From Bacilli bacterium (GTDB lineage: Bacteria > Bacillota_I > Bacilli_A > RF39 > UBA660), in assembly GCA_017460745.1 (NCBI GenBank), contig JAFUAL010000029.1, positions 3,063 through 67,062 on the forward strand: DNA of 64,000 nucleotides, in the 5' to 3' direction. This document shows positions 30,306 through 40,300 of the stretch, piece by piece. The position numbers and the translations under genes are program-made. The number at the start of each line of letters is the position of its first letter. Positions within the stretch are counted from its first letter, which is position 1. The notes below the pieces were generated by a model, which was not told the origin of the DNA, did not search any database, and saw only the letters and a list, made by a program, of their open reading frames with translations.

Positions 30306-32092
30306 ATCATAGAAGAAAAATAGAAAAACCAAAAGATTTTAAACAAGGTGTAAAAAATATATTATTGTATTTAAAACCATTTTATAAATATTTAATAATT
30401 GCTGTTGTTCTTGCTTTTATTGGTTCAATTTCTTCAATTATTGGTCCAGATAAAATAAAAGAAATAACAAATTTAATTGTTGAAGGACTAGGTACAGGTA
30501 TTGATTTAGATAAAATTAAAAGTATTGCTATTTTTCTAATTTCTATATATATGGTAGGGGCTATATCATCTTATTTAGAACAATTTATAATGGCTACTAT
30601 TACTAATCGTTTTAGTAAAAAAGTTCGTGGTGAAATAAGTGTTAAAATTAATAAATTACCACTTAAATATTTTGATAAGACTGCTTATGGTGATGTACTT
30701 TCTCGTGTTACCAATGATGTTGATACTATGAGTGAAATGGTTAATCAAAGTATTGGAACACTTGTTAGTAGTTTAACACTTCTACTTGGAAGTTTGTTTA
30801 TGATGTTTAAAACAAATTATATTCTAGCATTTGTAACAATAGGTGCTAGTTTAATAGGATTTTTGTTCATGACAATTGTTCTTTCTAAAAGTCAAAAGTA
30901 CTTTGTAAAGTTTCAAGAAGAATTAGGAAATTTAAATGGGCATATTGAAGAAACTTATTCAGGACACAATATTGTTAAAATATATAATGGAACCGCGTCT
31001 GAAATAAAAGAATTTGATTTAATAAATAACCGTATGTTTAAAAGTGCTTTAAAAAGTCATTTCTTTTCAGGTCTTATGCATCCTTTTATGGGATTTATCG
31101 GAAATTTATCATATGTTTTAGTATGTGTTGTAGGGGCAGCTTTAGCCCTTAATGGTACAATTAGTTTTGGTGTTATTATAGCATTTACTATCTATGCAAG
31201 ATTATTTTCACAACCATTATCTCAAATTGCTCAAGTAGCAACATCACTTCAAAGTGCAAGTGCAGCCAGTGAAAGAGTATTTGACTTTTTAAGTGAAGAA
31301 GAAATGGATGATGAAAAAGAAATTGTAACTTATCTTGATAAAAAAGATGTTAAAGGTGAAATAGAATTTCGTCATGTAAAATTTGGTTATGATGAAGAAA
31401 AAACAATAATCAAAGATTTTTCAAGTATAGCACATCCTGGAGATAAGATTGCAATTGTTGGACCAACAGGTGCTGGTAAAACTACTCTTGTTAACCTACT
31501 AGAGAAATTTTATCCTATTACTAGTGGTGATATTTTAATTGATGGAGTAAGTATTAAGAATTTATCAAGAGAAAATATTCATGATTTATTTATTATGGTT
31601 CTTCAAGATACTTGGGTATTTGAAGGAAGTATAATGGATAATATTATTTATAATAAAGAAAACGTAAGTGAAGAAGAAGTAAAAGAAATTTGTAAAAAAA
31701 TTGGACTTGATCATATTATAAAGAGTTTAAACAAAGGATATGACACGATGATAGGAGACTCTGAAATACTTTCAGCTGGTGAAAAACAATTATTAACAAT
31801 TGCTCGTGGTATGGTGAAAAATTCTCCATTTTTAATACTTGATGAAGCAACTAGTAGTGTTGATACTAGAACAGAAGAATTAGTTAGTCGTGCGATGGAT
31901 TCATTATGTCAAAATAGAACATCATTTATAATTGCTCATAGATTATCAACAATTAAAAATGCAGATTTAATACTAGTTTTAGATGCTGGTAATGTTGTTG
32001 AACAAGGAACACATGAAGAATTATTACATAAAAATGGTGTCTATGCTAAATTATATAATTCTCAATTCGAGTCAAACATTGAAGTAGAATGA
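30302..32092 (+). CDS. ABC exporter, fused permease/ATPase subunit 2
   Basis: Overlaps subunit 1 by 4 nt. NBD motifs GPTGAGKTT, LSAGEKQLLTIARG, LILDEATSSVD. Confidence 0.9.
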   Translation: MNHRRKIEKPKDFKQGVKNILLYLKPFYKYLIIAVVLAFIGSISSIIGPDKIKEITNLIVEGLGTGIDLDKIKSIAIFLISIYMVGAISSYLEQFIMATITNRFSKKVRGEISVKINKLPLKYFDKTAYGDVLSRVTNDVDTMSEMVNQSIGTLVSSLTLLLGSLFMMFKTNYILAFVTIGASLIGFLFMTIVLSKSQKYFVKFQEELGNLNGHIEETYSGHNIVKIYNGTASEIKEFDLINNRMFKSALKSHFFSGLMHPFMGFIGNLSYVLVCVVGAALALNGTISFGVIIAFTIYARLFSQPLSQIAQVATSLQSASAASERVFDFLSEEEMDDEKEIVTYLDKKDVKGEIEFRHVKFGYDEEKTIIKDFSSIAHPGDKIAIVGPTGAGKTTLVNLLEKFYPITSGDILIDGVSIKNLSRENIHDLFIMVLQDTWVFEGSIMDNIIYNKENVSEEEVKEICKKIGLDHIIKSLNKGYDTMIGDSEILSAGEKQLLTIARGMVKNSPFLILDEATSSVDTRTEELVSRAMDSLCQNRTSFIIAHRLSTIKNADLILVLDAGNVVEQGTHEELLHKNGVYAKLYNSQFESNIEVE

Positions 32093-32141
32093 AAAAACGT
32101 CTACTTTTTTTGTAAAAAAGCAAATAAAAAGTAATTTTGTA

Positions 32142-32170
32142 TTGAAATAAATAAATTCGTATGTTATTAT
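32142..32170 (+). promoter_or_regulatory. predicted sigma-A-type promoter of the SH3b/WXG-like operon
   Basis: TTGAAA 32142-32147, 17-nt spacer, TGtTATTAT (-10 at 32165-32170). Confidence 0.45.
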
Positions 32171-32195
32171 TATAGTATATAATTAGGAGGACAAA

Positions 32196-33065
32196 ATGGC
32201 TTTAGTACAAGGAAGTAGAGAAGAATCTATAAAAGATGATGATGAATTAACATTAAATGCCACTTTGGCATTTGATAAAAAAAGTTCAACATATTCTGAT
32301 GAGATAGAATTAACATCTTTTATTAGTGAAAATTTTAAATCAATTGAAAATAATTTAACATCATACAATTATTTTATTAAACTTGCAAATAATTATTTAG
32401 CAACCAATAATGAGATAACAACGGCTGGTATATCAAGTATTGAGGGAGATAGTTCAGGAGATGGTCTATATGAAGCAGCTTCTGAAGACATAGGTACGAG
32501 TAGTAGTGGTAGTTCGTCAGAATATGCATCTGAGGGAACTACTGAAAGTTCTTCTCCAAGTGATCCCTATGAGGGACGAGAACCAGAGGGAGATGCACCA
32601 GATGAACCAAATGCAATTGTAATTACTCAAGGAAGTAGATTAAATATAAGAAGTGGTCCTGGTACAAATAATAAAATAATTGCTAAATTAAAGAATAATA
32701 CAAAAGTGGTTGTACTAGAAAAAGGAGATAAATGGTCATATATTGCATATAATGATTCTAACGGAAAAGAACAATACGGATATGTATCAAATGATTATTT
32801 ACAATCTTTAGTAGCTCCTGAGGATCCAACAGGTGAAACTATAGCTGCAACTCCAACTTATACTATTGGTACTGTAAATACAAATGGTGGTAGATTAAAT
32901 GTTAGAAGTGGTCCTGGAACAAGCACTAAAGTTCTTGGAAAACTTAAAAATAATGCTAAAATAAATATCGTTGAACAAGGAAAAACGTGGACTAAAATTG
33001 TTGCAACAGATAAAAATGGTAATCAAATATATGGATATGTTGCAACTAAATACATTTCGGCTTAG
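32196..33065 (+). CDS. signal-peptide-less protein: helical N-domain, Ser-rich acidic linker, two SH3b (SH3_3) domains
   Basis: Two copies of RLN(I/V)RSGPGT..K(I/V)..KLKNN.K..V.E.G..W..I......G...YGYV...Y(L/I). GGAGG SD. No N-terminal hydrophobic segment. Confidence 0.75.
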   Translation: MALVQGSREESIKDDDELTLNATLAFDKKSSTYSDEIELTSFISENFKSIENNLTSYNYFIKLANNYLATNNEITTAGISSIEGDSSGDGLYEAASEDIGTSSSGSSSEYASEGTTESSSPSDPYEGREPEGDAPDEPNAIVITQGSRLNIRSGPGTNNKIIAKLKNNTKVVVLEKGDKWSYIAYNDSNGKEQYGYVSNDYLQSLVAPEDPTGETIAATPTYTIGTVNTNGGRLNVRSGPGTSTKVLGKLKNNAKINIVEQGKTWTKIVATDKNGNQIYGYVATKYISA

Positions 33066-33082
33066 TTGAGGGAGGAATAGTC

Positions 33083-33706
33083 ATGCAAAGAATAGTTGAC
33101 CCAGTTGCTATAATAAGTTGTACTAGTGATATATATAATTATTTAGAAGAACTTACTACGGCAAAAAATAATTTAAAAAATGATATTGAAAGTATATCAA
33201 GTGTTTATAAAGGTACAGATAGTCAAACAATTATTAATAAATATTTAGAAAGAGCTATGAAAATAGAAACGATAATAAGTAATTATACAACAATTGGCAC
33301 TTATTTAAAAAAAGTGGGTGTTGCCTATAATACTAATTTGACTGAAAGTAAAAAAAATATAGCAGCTGCTTTAGGAAAATCTAGTAGTGTTGGAAGTACT
33401 GCTACAACTTCTCAAGCTGTAGTTGAGGGTTCATCTACTTCTTCTGGAAGTGGATCAAGTTCTAGTTCTGGAGAAAGTAGCAGTGACATGTCTTCTTACC
33501 AGAAAGCAGTTGTTAAAACAAGTGGTGGCAAATTAGTTGTACGTAAAAGTGCTAGTTCAAGCTCTAAAGCACTTGGTAAATTAAAAAATAATACTCAAAT
33601 TTATGTTGTAAAAAAAGGAAAAACATGGACTAAAATTGTAGGAATAGATAAAAATGGTAATAAAACGTATGGATATGTAGCAACTAAGTATATATCTATG
33701 TCATAA
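33083..33706 (+). CDS. WXG100-like helical domain (Y-K-G in place of WXG) fused through a Ser-rich linker to one SH3b domain
   Basis: About 100-aa two-helix-like N-domain (..NLKNDIESISSVYKGTDSQTIINKYLE..), poly-Ser linker, then KLVVRKSASSSSKALGKLKNNTQIYVVKKGKTWTKIVG..YGYVATKYI. No signal peptide. Confidence 0.65.
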   Translation: MQRIVDPVAIISCTSDIYNYLEELTTAKNNLKNDIESISSVYKGTDSQTIINKYLERAMKIETIISNYTTIGTYLKKVGVAYNTNLTESKKNIAAALGKSSSVGSTATTSQAVVEGSSTSSGSGSSSSSGESSSDMSSYQKAVVKTSGGKLVVRKSASSSSKALGKLKNNTQIYVVKKGKTWTKIVGIDKNGNKTYGYVATKYISMS

Positions 33707-33732
33707 TTATGTTTTAAGAAAGGAATAAGAAA

Positions 33733-34032
33733 ATGAGTAATATAAGTCTAGATAGTAGTAAATTAGAATCTTTAATAGCAAAACTTGAAACGGATAACAA
33801 GAAAATATATGACATAGTTACAAATATAAATACATCTTTAAGACAGTTGGATGGTTCATTATGGTCATCACGTGAAAAAACAAAATTTGATACAACTGTT
33901 GAATCATTTTTGAAGGAAAATGATTCAAAATTACTGGATTACTTAAATGAATGTACAGACTTGTTAAGAGCAGCAAAACAAAGTTATCAAAGTCAAGATA
34001 ATGCTTTAAAAGAAGTCGTTGAAAATAGTTAA
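33733..34032 (+). CDS. WXG100/ESAT-6-like small helical protein (non-canonical W-S-S turn)
   Basis: 99 aa, the size and helix-turn-helix pattern of the WXG100 family, with the turn at ..LDGSLWSSREKTKFD... Strong SD. Confidence 0.5.
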   Translation: MSNISLDSSKLESLIAKLETDNKKIYDIVTNINTSLRQLDGSLWSSREKTKFDTTVESFLKENDSKLLDYLNECTDLLRAAKQSYQSQDNALKEVVENS

Positions 34033-34050
34033 TAGAGGAGGAAAATAAGC

Positions 34051-35187
34051 ATGGCAAAATCAACTGATACAGTATCTGTAATACAAGATTTTTATAATAG
34101 TAATAAGCAAAAAATAAATGATGCCTATCTTTGTTCTAAAAGTAATCCTTGCTCATCTGTTATAGATGATGTTGAATCATTAATTCAAACTATGAAAAGT
34201 GATTTACAAAAAATTAGTACTTGGGATGATTCAATAAGTGATCTTGTCAAAGAGGGTATAAATACTTATGTTCAAAAGTTAGAAAGCGTAAGTTTAATTT
34301 TTTCAACTACTTGGTTACAAGCAGAAAAAATATATCAAAGTAATTATGATTTAATTATAGAATTAGGAAAATATCTTAATATATTAAATGATTCAAGTGA
34401 TTCAACTACCTTATTAAAAGCACGAGAGGTAATGGATGATATTGAGTCAAATTTTACTAAATTGAATACTTTAGTTGGTCAGACAGAAATTAGTTCACCA
34501 CCAGCACAAGTAGTGGAGGAAGAGATTGCGGTACCAGTTGATACTTATCAAGGTATAAATATAATGACTAGCAGTGAATCAGAAGCACTTGCATATCTCA
34601 AATCAGTAAAAAGTCATATTAATACTAATTCAATTGGTTACACCGTTAGATATAAACAAGCTAGCAATCATCCATGGTATAAATGGACAAGTAAAGATGG
34701 TAAATATGCCTATGCTCCAAATTGTGTCATCTATAGTTTAGCAACTGGATTAACTTCAACATTATCGGGTTATTATGGGCATCAAGTTGTTGTAAATCCA
34801 ACACAAGTAATGGATGGTTTATATGCTTATTGTCAAAAACATAATATTAAATTTAGTAAATTTATTACAAGTGGTGGAGATTATAGTGGTGACTATACTG
34901 AACTTCCAAAAGCTCTTAAAGAAATATGGGGAGTTGATTGTGTAGGACAAAAGGGTGCAGTAAGTTCTTCTCAGGCTCAACAGTTACTTAGTGGTAACAA
35001 TAATGCATCAATTGTATATAGAACATATAATTCATCTGGCAATCCAGGCCATGGAGCAGCTGCAACAGGATTAACAAGTAGTGGTAAGTTTATAGTTTCT
35101 GATACATATTACTCAAGAGAAGGATGGGTTAACGGAACAGAAAACTTTGGCAGTGTTTCAGGTTATAACTTTATACTAACTAAATAA
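34051..35187 (+). CDS. two-domain protein: LXG-like helical N-domain plus C-terminal C39-like (papain-fold) cysteine peptidase domain
   Basis: No signal peptide. Helical first ~150 aa. The C-terminal half has a candidate nucleophile in APNCVIYSLATGL (resembles the NGCE.TSLAM motif of Peptidase_C39_2/YvpB-like proteins) and a candidate His in GNPGHGAAATGL. Confidence 0.55.
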   Translation: MAKSTDTVSVIQDFYNSNKQKINDAYLCSKSNPCSSVIDDVESLIQTMKSDLQKISTWDDSISDLVKEGINTYVQKLESVSLIFSTTWLQAEKIYQSNYDLIIELGKYLNILNDSSDSTTLLKAREVMDDIESNFTKLNTLVGQTEISSPPAQVVEEEIAVPVDTYQGINIMTSSESEALAYLKSVKSHINTNSIGYTVRYKQASNHPWYKWTSKDGKYAYAPNCVIYSLATGLTSTLSGYYGHQVVVNPTQVMDGLYAYCQKHNIKFSKFITSGGDYSGDYTELPKALKEIWGVDCVGQKGAVSSSQAQQLLSGNNNASIVYRTYNSSGNPGHGAAATGLTSSGKFIVSDTYYSREGWVNGTENFGSVSGYNFILTK

Positions 35188-35198
35188 TAAAAATAATA

Positions 35199-35234
35199 AG
35201 ACGATTTATTTGTAAAATAGATAAATCGTTTTTA
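35199..35234 (+). terminator. intrinsic terminator ending the SH3b/WXG-like operon
   Basis: Stem ACGATTTAT 35201-35209 / ATAAATCGT 35221-35229 followed by TTTT. Confidence 0.65.
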
Positions 35235-35331
35235 CTAAGTAAAAAAGGATGTAAATAATAGTTACAAGGTAATACTTGTAATTTTTTCTAATTAATTGAG
35301 TTTATTTTCATATATTTATATAGGTGAATAT

Positions 35332-36396
35332 ATGAAAAAAGTAATATTGATTTTTATTATAATTATCATTAATATAAAAAATGTATATGCTACTATCGAT
35401 ACTAGTAAATCAAGTATTGTTATGGATATAGATAGTGGCAGAATATTATATCAAAAGGGTAGTAATGATGAAAGATTAATTGCCTCAACTACAAAATTAA
35501 TGACTTTTTTAACTGCTTTAAAACTTGGAGAAAACAAACTAGATGATACTGTTGAAGTTGGAGATGAAGTTTTAAAAATGTATGGAACTAATATGTATTT
35601 AAATTTAAAAGAAAAACTTACACTTCGTGATTTATTATATGGTTTAATTCTTCGAAGTGGAAATGATGCAAGTGTTGTTATTGCAACATATCTATCAGGT
35701 AGTACTTCTAATTTTGTTAATGAAATGAATAAAAACGCAAGTAAATTAGGAATGAATAATACAATATTTAAAAATCCTCATGGACTTGATGAAGAAACTA
35801 AAAATTATTCAACAGCATATGACATGGCTCTTTTAACCAGATATTTATATCAAAACTATTATGAATTTTTAAATATTGCCGGTACTAAATACTATGATTT
35901 TAAGAGTGATCTAAAATCTTATGCTTTAGTTAATCGTTGTAAAATTATATTTACTTATAAATATATAACAACTTGTAAAAATGGATATACTCCATTTGCC
36001 GGAAAGAGCTTAGTTACAACTGCTACTAAGAATAATTTAAATTTACTCATCGTAACTTTAGATGACTATGATATTTATGAAAATCATGAAAGAATGTATG
36101 AATATTATTTTAATAAATATAAAAACTTTTTAATATTAGATAAAAATAAGTTTAAGTTACAAGATACAACTTATTTTATAAAAAATAATTTTTATTATCC
36201 AATTAAAGATGATGAAATAAATTTAATAAATACAAAAATTTTAATAGATGAAAAAGAAAATATTTATGGAAAAATCAATGTAACTTTTGATAATAAGGTA
36301 ATTCATGAAGAAACGATTTATAAAGAAGAAGTTGAAAATAAAAAAGAATCAATATTAAAAAAAATAAAAAACTTAATTAAAAATATTTTTAAATAG
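35332..36396 (+). CDS. D-alanyl-D-alanine carboxypeptidase (S11, PBP5/DacB-like)
   Basis: Signal peptide. SxxK (ASTTKLMT), SxN (RSGND) and KxG (CKNGYT) motifs. AGGTGA SD before the ATG at 35332. Confidence 0.8.
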   Translation: MKKVILIFIIIIINIKNVYATIDTSKSSIVMDIDSGRILYQKGSNDERLIASTTKLMTFLTALKLGENKLDDTVEVGDEVLKMYGTNMYLNLKEKLTLRDLLYGLILRSGNDASVVIATYLSGSTSNFVNEMNKNASKLGMNNTIFKNPHGLDEETKNYSTAYDMALLTRYLYQNYYEFLNIAGTKYYDFKSDLKSYALVNRCKIIFTYKYITTCKNGYTPFAGKSLVTTATKNNLNLLIVTLDDYDIYENHERMYEYYFNKYKNFLILDKNKFKLQDTTYFIKNNFYYPIKDDEINLINTKILIDEKENIYGKINVTFDNKVIHEETIYKEEVENKKESILKKIKNLIKNIFK

Positions 36397-36455
36397 CATT
36401 TCAAATAATAAAAAATTATGATATGATTAATGTGTTTAAGAAAGTAGTTGATTAA

Positions 36456-37301
36456 ATGAATTTAGAAATAAGTGTTAATGAATATTTACTTGCTTGGTAT
36501 TTATTATATGGAACAAGTTTATCAAAAGAAATAGATAGATTTCGTAAAAATCTTTGGAATAAATATAATATGGAATATAATTTCTGTTATAAGGATAAGA
36601 ATGAAATTATTAAGTATGGAAAAGATTTTATTCCTGATAATGATATATTATATAATGAGATATTTAATAGTGAATTATATTTATCATTAAAGAAAGAAAC
36701 AAATAGACATAAGATGTATTTATCTAAAATATTTAATAGTGATGGAAAAAAGAATAAAAAGTATTTAAAAGAAATTTTAAAAATGGAATTAACTGATAAT
36801 TACAATATTTATGTGATTCATCCAAGAATGGAAATTATTGAATATTATAATAATCATTCTATACTTTGGGGAAGTGATAGAGATAAATATGATGCTTTAA
36901 GAGTATTGATGTTGACTATTATAAAAGGAATTATAAAAGAAGATAAAGAACATAAAGAAATAATTGATTCTATCATAGAACTTGCTGGTATAAATGAAAT
37001 GGGACAAAAACTAGGAGGAGTAGATTCTTATAGTGAAGGTAATCCTAGTTTGAAAGTTATAAAAAGACAGATTTATCCTTTTTGGTTAATGTATTTAGGA
37101 TATGATACAAAAGAAAGTATACTAGATAAGATGATACTTGATAAAATAGGATTTGATATTGATAATTATCCAATTGATAAGAATATGAAAAAAATGGATT
37201 TGCAGGAATTTACAGATTTTTGTATTAAGAATAGTAAACATATTTTAAAACTTGGTAATGTATTAAAATTGTCTAAAAATGAAGATATTGAAGTAATATG
37301 A
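36456..37301 (+). CDS. hypothetical protein
   Basis: 281-aa ORF immediately upstream of polC. No motif recognised. Confidence 0.55.
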   Translation: MNLEISVNEYLLAWYLLYGTSLSKEIDRFRKNLWNKYNMEYNFCYKDKNEIIKYGKDFIPDNDILYNEIFNSELYLSLKKETNRHKMYLSKIFNSDGKKNKKYLKEILKMELTDNYNIYVIHPRMEIIEYYNNHSILWGSDRDKYDALRVLMLTIIKGIIKEDKEHKEIIDSIIELAGINEMGQKLGGVDSYSEGNPSLKVIKRQIYPFWLMYLGYDTKESILDKMILDKIGFDIDNYPIDKNMKKMDLQEFTDFCIKNSKHILKLGNVLKLSKNEDIEVI

Positions 37302-37308
37302 GGTATGT

Positions 37309-40300
37309 ATGAAGGATGAGAAACTTGAAAAATTATTACAAATGATTCATATGGCGCCAGATGAGTTCTTAAGTGCTATTTTAGATAAAATAATAGTTAG
37401 TAAGCAAAATAATTTAATTAAAATATATCTTACATTAGATAGTATGATTAGATTAGATACTTATATAGAACTAAATAATAAATTAAAAGAGTATTTTAAT
37501 TCAAATATTTTAATATATATAGAAAATACTAAAGATAAGAGTTTATATTTGAGTGATTATTATGAGCATTTTTTGCCTAAATGTATAAGTTATTTTAAAG
37601 ATAGATTAAAAGTAAATGGAAATAATAACAATTATATTGTTATTTTTAATCATGGGGAAGAGAATGGTATAAAATTATATTTAGATGAAATTAATATGAA
37701 TTTAGAAAGAGTTGGATATAATAAAATTTCAGTATATTTAGATTTAGATGCTCGAAATGATGTTTTAAAACAAATTCAAGAAGAAACTAATAATATTGAT
37801 GTATCTACATTAAAGGTTCCAAATAGTAGTATTAATTATGAAAAGCCTAAATTTGAACCTAGAAGAAAGAAGATTACAACAGTAGATGATGAAAGAGCTG
37901 TTTTTGGAAATATCATAGAGGGAGAATTTATAAACCTTAAAAATATTGTTGCTGAGGATAATGATTTAAATGTTGAATGTGAAATATTTGGAGTAGATGT
38001 TTTTGAGTCTAGCAAGAGTAATTTTAAAATAATAACTTTAAAAATAACAGATTATACTGATAGTATGTATGCTAAAGTATTTTTAAATGATAGTGAAGAA
38101 TTATCTAGACTTCTTGGAATATTAAAGAATGGTAAATGGTTTAAATTTAGTGGTTATACTAAACATGACCAATATTCCAATGATGAAATAGTTTTTAATG
38201 TAAATGCTATCAATGTATCTGATCATAAAAAAGATGTAATAGAGGATACAGCCGAGGTTAAAAGAGTAGAACTTCATTCTCATACTATGATGAGTGCAAT
38301 GGACGGGGTATGTGGAGTTTCCAAACATGGAGTTGCAACTATTGAGCAAGCAATTAAATGGGGGCATAAAGCTTTAGCAATTACCGATCATGCGGGATGT
38401 CAAGCATTTCCAAATGCCTATAATATGATGCTTGATTATAATAAAGGAAAAAGCCCAGAAGAAAAATTTAAAGTAATATATGGAACAGAACTAACTTTAG
38501 TTGATGATAATGTAGAAGTGGTTAAAAGAGGAACTGATGATGTGTTACTTGACTTGGAATATGTTGTTTTTGACCTTGAAACAACTGGTTTTAATGCAGC
38601 CGGAGGAGATTCTATTATCGAAATTGGAGCCGTTAAATTAAAAAATGGAGAGATAACTGAAAAGTTTGATAGATTAATTAAACCACCTGTTCCAATCAGT
38701 GAAAGAATCACGAATGTTACGAGTATTACTAATGAGATGGTTAAAGACTGTGGTAATGAAGAAGATGCAGTTCGTGAATTTATAGAGTGGAGTCATGGAT
38801 TACCAATGGTCGCTCATAATGCAAAGTTTGATACTTCATTCATTGAAATGTGTTATAAAAAATATAATTTAGGTGAATTTAATAATACAGTTATAGATAC
38901 ACTTGCTTTATCTCGAGTACTGGATAGAGATGCAACGCGTCATGGACTTTCTAATATAACAAAAAGATATCAAGTAGAATTTGATGAAGAAAGTCACCAT
39001 CGAGGAGATTATGATGCTCTGGCAACAGGTTTAGTATTCCATAAGATGATGAAAAAACTTGAAGGATTAAGTGTTTTAAAAGTAAGTGATTTAGAAACAT
39101 TAATTGATAAAAATGATATTCATAAATTTGGACGTACCTATCATTTTAATGCTTTAGTTATTAATAAAAAAGGACTTAAGAATTTATTTAAATTAGTAAG
39201 TCTTGCCAATACTACACATTTTTATAAAACAGCAAGAGTTCTTCGAAGTGAAGTAGAGAGTTTAAGAGAAGGATTACTAATTGGTTCAGGCTGTGCAGAG
39301 TCAGAAGTATTTGTAGAAGCAAGAAGTAAAAGTGATGAAGAACTGCGAGATATTATAGGGTTCTACGATTATGTTGAAGTTCAGCCACCTGAGGTGTACA
39401 ATCATCTAATCCAAATGGGAGACTTTAAAAATAATGAAGAACTTTTAGATAACATTAAAAAAGTTATCAAAATGACTAAAGAAGCAGGTAAAATAATTGT
39501 TGCAACTGGAGACGTACATCATGTAACAAGGGAAGATAAAATATATCGAGAAATTATTATTAATCAAAAACTTCCAGGCGGAGGTCTTCATCCTTTAGCA
39601 CGTCGTGATATTACATCTATTCCTAGTCAACACTTTAGAACAACGAATGAAATGCTTGAGGATTTTAGTTTTTTAGATAAGGATTTAGCTTATGAAATTG
39701 TTGTTACTAATACCAATATGGTAGCGGATATGATTGAAGATGTAGAAGTTATCATTGATACGGGAGGAATTCCTTTTTCACCAAGAATTGAAAACTCGAG
39801 GGAAGATGTTTACAACATGGTATTTGATAAGGCACATAGTATGTATGGTGACCCACTTCCATTTAATATAGAAGAAAGAATTTCTCAAGAATTATATGGA
39901 GATAGAATATTATCTTTAGTGAAGAATTATATTAAGAAAAATAATCCTGATTTCAGCGAAGAAGAAATTGATAAAGTTTTTCATAAAGAATTACATGAAA
40001 TTGTTAAACTTGGATATGATAAAGTATTTGAATTAACACGAGACGAATTAATTGAAGGTTTAGAAGATGAGAAAAAAAAGAAAGATTTAGAGTTTTTGGA
40101 TAAAGAAACAAAGAAACAACTTGGAGGAATAATTGGTGGAGGATTTGATGTTATTTACTTAATTGCTCAAAAATTAGTTAAACATTCTAATGATGAAGGA
40201 TATTTAGTTGGTTCGCGTGGTTCAGTTGGTTCTTCATTTGTTGCAACCATGATGGGAATAACCGAAGTTAATCCACTTCCTGCCCATTACTTATGTAAAA

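Noticed and set aside
28273-32368. ORFs 28273-28527 (-), 30047-30274 (-) and 32183-32368 (-)
   Set aside because: They are antisense to gltX, the ABC exporter and the first SH3b gene respectively, and none has an SD.
33818-34063. ORF 33818-34063 (-)
   Set aside because: It is antisense to the 99-aa WXG100-like gene, which has a strong SD and fits the operon spacing.
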